From the IMG/VR virus record IMGVR_UViG_3300027708_000023: a stretch of 64,000 nucleotides of DNA. One strand, given 5' to 3'. The position numbers and the translations under genes are program-made. The notes beneath the pieces were generated by a model that saw only the letters and a program-made list of their open reading frames with translations, did not search any database and was not told the DNA's origin. This document shows, one piece after another, positions 61,076-64,000 of the stretch. Positions within the stretch are counted from its first letter, which is position 1. Each line of letters starts with the position of its first letter. Source of the DNA: a virus.

Positions 61076-62092
61076 ATGCCTGCCGCAACACACAATTTTC
61101 TCCTAGAGCAAGGTTCTGATTTTCAGATTACATTTAGATATCTGGATGAAAATAACACTAGTGTTAATATGACCAACTGGTATGTATTATTTAAATTTGT
61201 TAGTAATACTGGTCAAATATATACTTTTGATAATATTACTAAAACATCAGACTATTCTTTGATCGCTTATAGTAATGGAGATATTGTTTTAAATATCCCA
61301 GCTCACATTACAAATAATTACTCTTTTGAGACCGCAGTCTATGATCTTGATTTACAGGAACCTAATGAACAATATTCTGGTAGTGGACTTAAAAGATATA
61401 GACTAGCCCAAGGAACCATTACCATAGTCAAAAGAAATACCACAATACCAGCATTTGATATTAGAGAGCCTATAGAAGGTCAAATCCTAGATGCCTGCAC
61501 AATAAATTGTTCTGCTTTTGATTCGTCAATATATAATGGTCCTAGAATTTATATAGTAGATAATGCGACCAGCACAAGCTCTATCACTATTATGGATAGT
61601 AGACCAATAGAAAATGTAGAAATAGGAATAAATGGATTAAACCATAATTCTCCACAAGACCTAACCATGTTTCTAGCTCCTCCTTCTGGAGATAAAATAC
61701 TACTATTTGCCCACCACAAAATATCTAATTATGTTCCTGGTTTTAGTTTTATGTTGTCCGATAGGGCTTTACCTCAGACTAATGTATCTAATACAAAAAA
61801 TGGTGGATTGTGTAAGATTATAGATAAAACAAACAGCACAAGATTTGACAATAGTATTCCAATGACAATCTGCGATAATTCAGGATGTTCAGAAGCAAGA
61901 ATCCCAATATCCATATCAAATGGCTCCATAACATTGGGGGCTCTTAATAATGAAAATCTATTAAGTTCTTTTGGCCACCTCAAAGGTTATGTCCCATCCT
62001 CTGGAATATGGTCTTTGCACGTCTGTGACAATGATGCTTCTGTATCAGGTCTGATAGATAATTGGAAATTAATTATTACTTATCAAGAGTGA
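61076..62092 (+). CDS. virion protein with proprotein-convertase P-domain-like C-terminus
   Basis: GLNHNSPQDLTMFLAPPSG ... GIWSLHVCD....SGLIDNWKL. Confidence 0.7.
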   Translation: MPAATHNFLLEQGSDFQITFRYLDENNTSVNMTNWYVLFKFVSNTGQIYTFDNITKTSDYSLIAYSNGDIVLNIPAHITNNYSFETAVYDLDLQEPNEQYSGSGLKRYRLAQGTITIVKRNTTIPAFDIREPIEGQILDACTINCSAFDSSIYNGPRIYIVDNATSTSSITIMDSRPIENVEIGINGLNHNSPQDLTMFLAPPSGDKILLFAHHKISNYVPGFSFMLSDRALPQTNVSNTKNGGLCKIIDKTNSTRFDNSIPMTICDNSGCSEARIPISISNGSITLGALNNENLLSSFGHLKGYVPSSGIWSLHVCDNDASVSGLIDNWKLIITYQE

Positions 62093-62323
62093 GCTTTATA
62101 TGATTTTTGTTCAAACTAACTACAATATAAAAAGTAATCGAACTCAGGTGGATATTCCTAATGATTTTCAAAATATATCATCCTCATCTGCTCAAGGCAT
62201 ATCTCTTCTAGAACAATTCGTTACCATACAAAGAATTCCTTTTCAGCAACCTTCAGTATTATTTCAAAAAGAAGTAGTATCTTTAAACGCCACGAACCAG
62301 ACTATATCTATTAAGTACTAAAT

Positions 62324-62845
62324 ATGTTTGATAATCTAATTACCCCACAATTTAAACAAATATTTGATGATGCTATTAATACTATTTTAGCAGAGGGATC
62401 TTTGTCTGTTCCTTGTAGGTTGATTTTTGACAAAATGAATAGTCCTGTTATGTGCAACAATTGTCAATTTGATCCTATCTCTCATCTTTCAGCAAACATA
62501 TACAACGGATCTGGACCACTACCTTTCTCTGATGGCCAAACATGTCCAGTATGTATGGGCGATGGATATAATAATAGTGGAGATGTTAGTGAAATTTTAC
62601 ATTTGGGAGTTATTTTTGATAGCAAGTACTGGTTAAATATACCTCAAAATGGAATAGAAATAGCTAATGGATCTATACAAACAATATGTTCAAGCTCCTA
62701 TCTCAACAAATTAAGAAATGCAAAATATTTAGAGATAGTAGAATCTCACGGAGTAGGAAGCAAGTCATACGACAGAGCAGGAGACCCCAACCTTTGTGGT
62801 TTCGGTAATACAAACTATTGCATAACAATGTGGACCAGCAAATGA
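62324..62845 (+). CDS. head closure/neck protein (putative) with CxxC pairs
   Basis: CNNC and CPVC.G.G; synteny. Confidence 0.55.
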   Translation: MFDNLITPQFKQIFDDAINTILAEGSLSVPCRLIFDKMNSPVMCNNCQFDPISHLSANIYNGSGPLPFSDGQTCPVCMGDGYNNSGDVSEILHLGVIFDSKYWLNIPQNGIEIANGSIQTICSSSYLNKLRNAKYLEIVESHGVGSKSYDRAGDPNLCGFGNTNYCITMWTSK

Positions 62846-63486
62846 ACTTTGATATTATCATCATGGAATCTGATAGTGAAATTAGATCGCTCATTTTAGA
62901 AGCGATGAGAAGTCATTTAGATATTGCTTTTAATAAGTCTATTTCAGAGATTAGAGAAGAAATCAAGAAAATATTTATAGAAGGACTTAAAAAAGAACCA
63001 GAATATGAGTCCTTAATGTCCGGTTCACTAAAGTTTGAGTTTGGCATCCCAGACTCTACTGCTATAGACAGAGTTATCGTTCTTATGGCAGATACACTAG
63101 AAATAAATAAAGTTCCAATTACTGCTTCTAATTTTGGTCTTACTGGTGGATATAAAATGACCATGATTAAATCAGATGACATTAATGGAATTATTAAGGA
63201 TGAAGCAGCTACGGTACAGGATGATGCTAGGGGATATGTTTTACCTTGGTTAGATTGGTTATTGTTTCAATCCAATAAGCCCATAGTTAAAGACTTTGAG
63301 GTTAGATTGGGACCTAATAATAATTCGCGTACAGGAATGGCTATTATGGTTGATTCTAATAAAAACTGGAGAGTTCCTCCTCAGTTTGCCGGTTCGATAA
63401 CAAACAACTGGACAACAAGAGCCATAGAGAATATGGAAAAAGATATTTTAAAAATCATGCAAACCAGTATTGAAAAGAACATTTAA
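62818..63486 (+). CDS. neck/tail-completion protein (putative)
   Basis: 222 aa (likely start at 62842); synteny only. Confidence 0.55.
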   Translation: MHNNVDQQMNFDIIIMESDSEIRSLILEAMRSHLDIAFNKSISEIREEIKKIFIEGLKKEPEYESLMSGSLKFEFGIPDSTAIDRVIVLMADTLEINKVPITASNFGLTGGYKMTMIKSDDINGIIKDEAATVQDDARGYVLPWLDWLLFQSNKPIVKDFEVRLGPNNNSRTGMAIMVDSNKNWRVPPQFAGSITNNWTTRAIENMEKDILKIMQTSIEKNI

Positions 63487-63487
63487 T

Positions 63488-64000
63488 ATGACTGAAGATT
63501 ATACAAAATTTAATTATATCACTAGTATTCGTAATAAAAATTCTATCTCTCAAGTAGAAGATAATCTAAAGCATTTTTTAGATTGGTCTTTTTTACAGAT
63601 AGATGGTTATGTTAATGTTAATCAATCATCAGCTTCACAGTCTGGTTTATATACTCTCAGACCACAACCCCAAGTAACAGGAACCTCTGTTGGATCTCAG
63701 GCAAAAACTTGGGAAGGCCCTGTAAAAGATTGGATTTACGAAGATACATCAATCCTCGATCCTGCTAAAAATATTAATCATATTTCTGGAGTATCTTTAA
63801 ATAATACCTTTTTGCCAGCGCCAACAGGTAGTGGTAATTATGGATATTATATTGATTATCCTTTGGGAAGAATAGTTTTTAATAATGCCATTAACTCTAA
63901 TAGTAATATTAAACTTGATTATGCATATAGATATATCCAAGTATATAAATCTAATGAGGCAATGTGGTGGAAAGAATTATCTGATATTATTTATACGACT
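63488..64000 (+). CDS. structural protein, truncated by window end
   Basis: ATG at 63488, frame appears open to the end of the window; IDYPLGRIVF motif. Confidence 0.65.
   Translation, partial: MTEDYTKFNYITSIRNKNSISQVEDNLKHFLDWSFLQIDGYVNVNQSSASQSGLYTLRPQPQVTGTSVGSQAKTWEGPVKDWIYEDTSILDPAKNINHISGVSLNNTFLPAPTGSGNYGYYIDYPLGRIVFNNAINSNSNIKLDYAYRYIQVYKSNEAMWWKELSDIIYTT

Noticed and set aside
1-64000. Stop-codon reassignment (alternative genetic code)
   Set aside because: Long conserved genes (glmS, gmd, terL, MCP) are intact in the standard code, TAA/TAG/TGA all end genes, and no suppressor tRNA was found. The Ser anticodon loop TTACTAA reads ACT, not CTA, in the standard register.

Overview
The window is part of a large tailed dsDNA phage genome (Caudoviricetes; standard genetic code). 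A Planctomycetota host is inferred but not proven. Positions 1-34.7 kb are transcribed leftward (minus strand). This part carries dense small accessory ORFs, 9 canonical tRNA genes, one aberrant tRNA-like RNA, DUF932, PRTase, kinase-like, Gp88-like and bL12-CTD genes, and glmS. Positions 34.8-64 kb are transcribed rightward. This part carries a sigma-factor-like gene, gmd, HNH, ERCC4 nuclease, terminase, portal, protease/scaffold, decoration protein, major capsid protein, fibre/adhesin genes with an embedded sulfotransferase and 2OG-Fe(II) oxygenase, and neck genes. The most striking unexplained structure is at 13.4-32.4 kb: 17 copies of an 80-bp bipartite element with invariant geometry (27-bp dyad, 26-bp GC-rich linker, 27-bp dyad). 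These divide the region into ~1-kb modules, most headed by a sigma70-type promoter. One module (23.14-24.14 kb) has no minus-strand ORF of 60 aa or more and instead appears to encode a ~1-kb highly structured RNA. All calls come from reading the sequence; no database searches were run.
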